Shown piece after piece: positions 63,101 through 64,000 of a stretch of DNA of 64,000 bases (its first letter is position 1; each line of letters begins with the position of its first letter). This DNA comes from Anthoceros angustus (taxonomy: Eukaryota; Plantae; Anthocerotophyta): positions 62,001 through 126,000 of the forward strand of contig VJWM01000260.1 of assembly GCA_010909165.1 (NCBI GenBank), read 5' to 3'. The notes below the pieces were generated by a model. That model saw nothing but the letters and a program-made list of their open reading frames with translations, searched no databases and was not told the origin of the DNA. The translations under genes and the position numbers were made by a program.

Positions 63101-63563
63101 CTGTGACCGGTGAGACCTGGGATCTGTGCTCTGCTGGAGCTGCATCAGCAACGGGAGTCTTGGCCACCGCCCGCTTTCCAAAGCCTCCTGTCAGAAGGCT
63201 GAACGTGGACCTGGGAGCCTCAGCCTCAGCCTGCTGTGGCTCTGGGGCAGCTGACGACGGCATTCTGAAGCCTTTTGCCCACGATGTGAATCCTCCTGCG
63301 AGGGTGGGCTTCGGAGGAGCTTCCCCGACAGATTTTGGTGATGCAGCGTGGGAGGCAGATGGAGGGGGAGTAGGAGTTGGCACGTGATCAGAAACCACCT
63401 GGACTTGCTGCTCATCCTGTCCCTGCTCCTGCTCCGTCTCCTGCTCCTGCCCCAGCTGCTGGGCAGCGTCATCTGGAGGGCCAGCCGACAGCAGCGGCTG
63501 CTCCGGAATGCCCACAGCTTGGAGCTCGTCCGGGTCAGGAGTGCGGCCCACCAAGCTGCTCAT
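60133..63563 (-). CDS. PTEN2: PTEN2-type phosphoinositide phosphatase, 12 coding exons, ~757 aa
   Basis: Exons 63563-62988, 62882-62781, 62679-62623, 62544-62479, 62369-62193, 62062-61976, 61826-61762, 61656-61580, 61480-61434, 61327-61197, 61099-61030 and 60951-60133; all GT-AG and in frame. Motifs ARHMVSQNKRRYQEGTFDLDMTYIT, FNDHNCPP, HCKAGKART, PSQVRYVKYF, a C2 region and the terminal FTFGDDEDYDSE. Confidence 0.96.
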
Positions 63564-64000
63564 CGCTCTCAGATCTACCACCACCCAGACTTACGCTCCT
63601 CTGCCCTTCTTGCACCTGCCCCGCATGATGCTGCTACCCCGCGGAATGAAGCTCCATCCATGCGACCAAGTCCGATCTCTCGACGCAGATCCGAGGCGCC
63701 AGCGATCAAGACGTGCGTAGATGCGTCAGACAGGCGACCAAGCTATTAACACTCAATCGATCGAGCCTTAACCTAGAAGAGTGGCAACACTTGGGCCGAT
63801 CATGCCGTTAATTAGGCCCCTCGCCCCATATGTAAGTTCCATGCCTCTCACTTCCTATTTTCTGTTTACTGGAAGGGCATGCACGGATCCTCGGAGCGCT
63901 TTAGTGATCGCCCTGGGTGTGTCAGGACCACGACTGACAGGCGCACTGGCTTCTTTCGTCTTGTGCAAGCAAGCAATCTTGTTATTACGACATCCCAATG

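Overview
Nuclear DNA of a land plant, probably seedless (bryophyte- or lycophyte-grade; inferred from GC-rich genes with mostly ~80-240 nt introns, an intronless arogenate dehydratase and a CRE-type LINE). Recognisable host genes: an SH4/ASR3-clade trihelix transcription factor (10877-12397 +), a plastid arogenate/prephenate dehydratase (39631-40995 -), two J8/DJC22-like plastid J-domain genes (42421-43417 + and 56882-57555 +) plus a 3' fragment of a third (~36448-36855), and a 12-exon PTEN2-type phosphatase (60133-63563 -). There is also an unassigned, intact, GC3-rich ORF (44013-44939 -). Transposons fill much of the rest: Ty3/gypsy integrase remnants, a LINE ORF1 remnant, a decayed CRE-like LINE, a complete 14.3-kb CACTA element (TIRs plus GTA target-site duplication) that appears nested in another TIR element, and a Ty1/copia with 116-bp LTRs and an inverted integrase core. 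The main finding is a 3-exon gene (58388-59308 -) that the ORF track misses because an intron splits its key domain. Spliced, its N-terminus aligns without gaps to the LEM-like domain of human LAP2 (15/40 identical against the recalled sequence), followed by a basic low-complexity spacer and one C-terminal transmembrane helix. This is a LAP2beta/emerin-type inner nuclear membrane architecture generally regarded as absent from plants. Caveat: several kb-scale tandem duplications differ mainly by 1-2 bp indels, which looks like unpolished long-read assembly, so some frameshifts and copy numbers may be artefacts.
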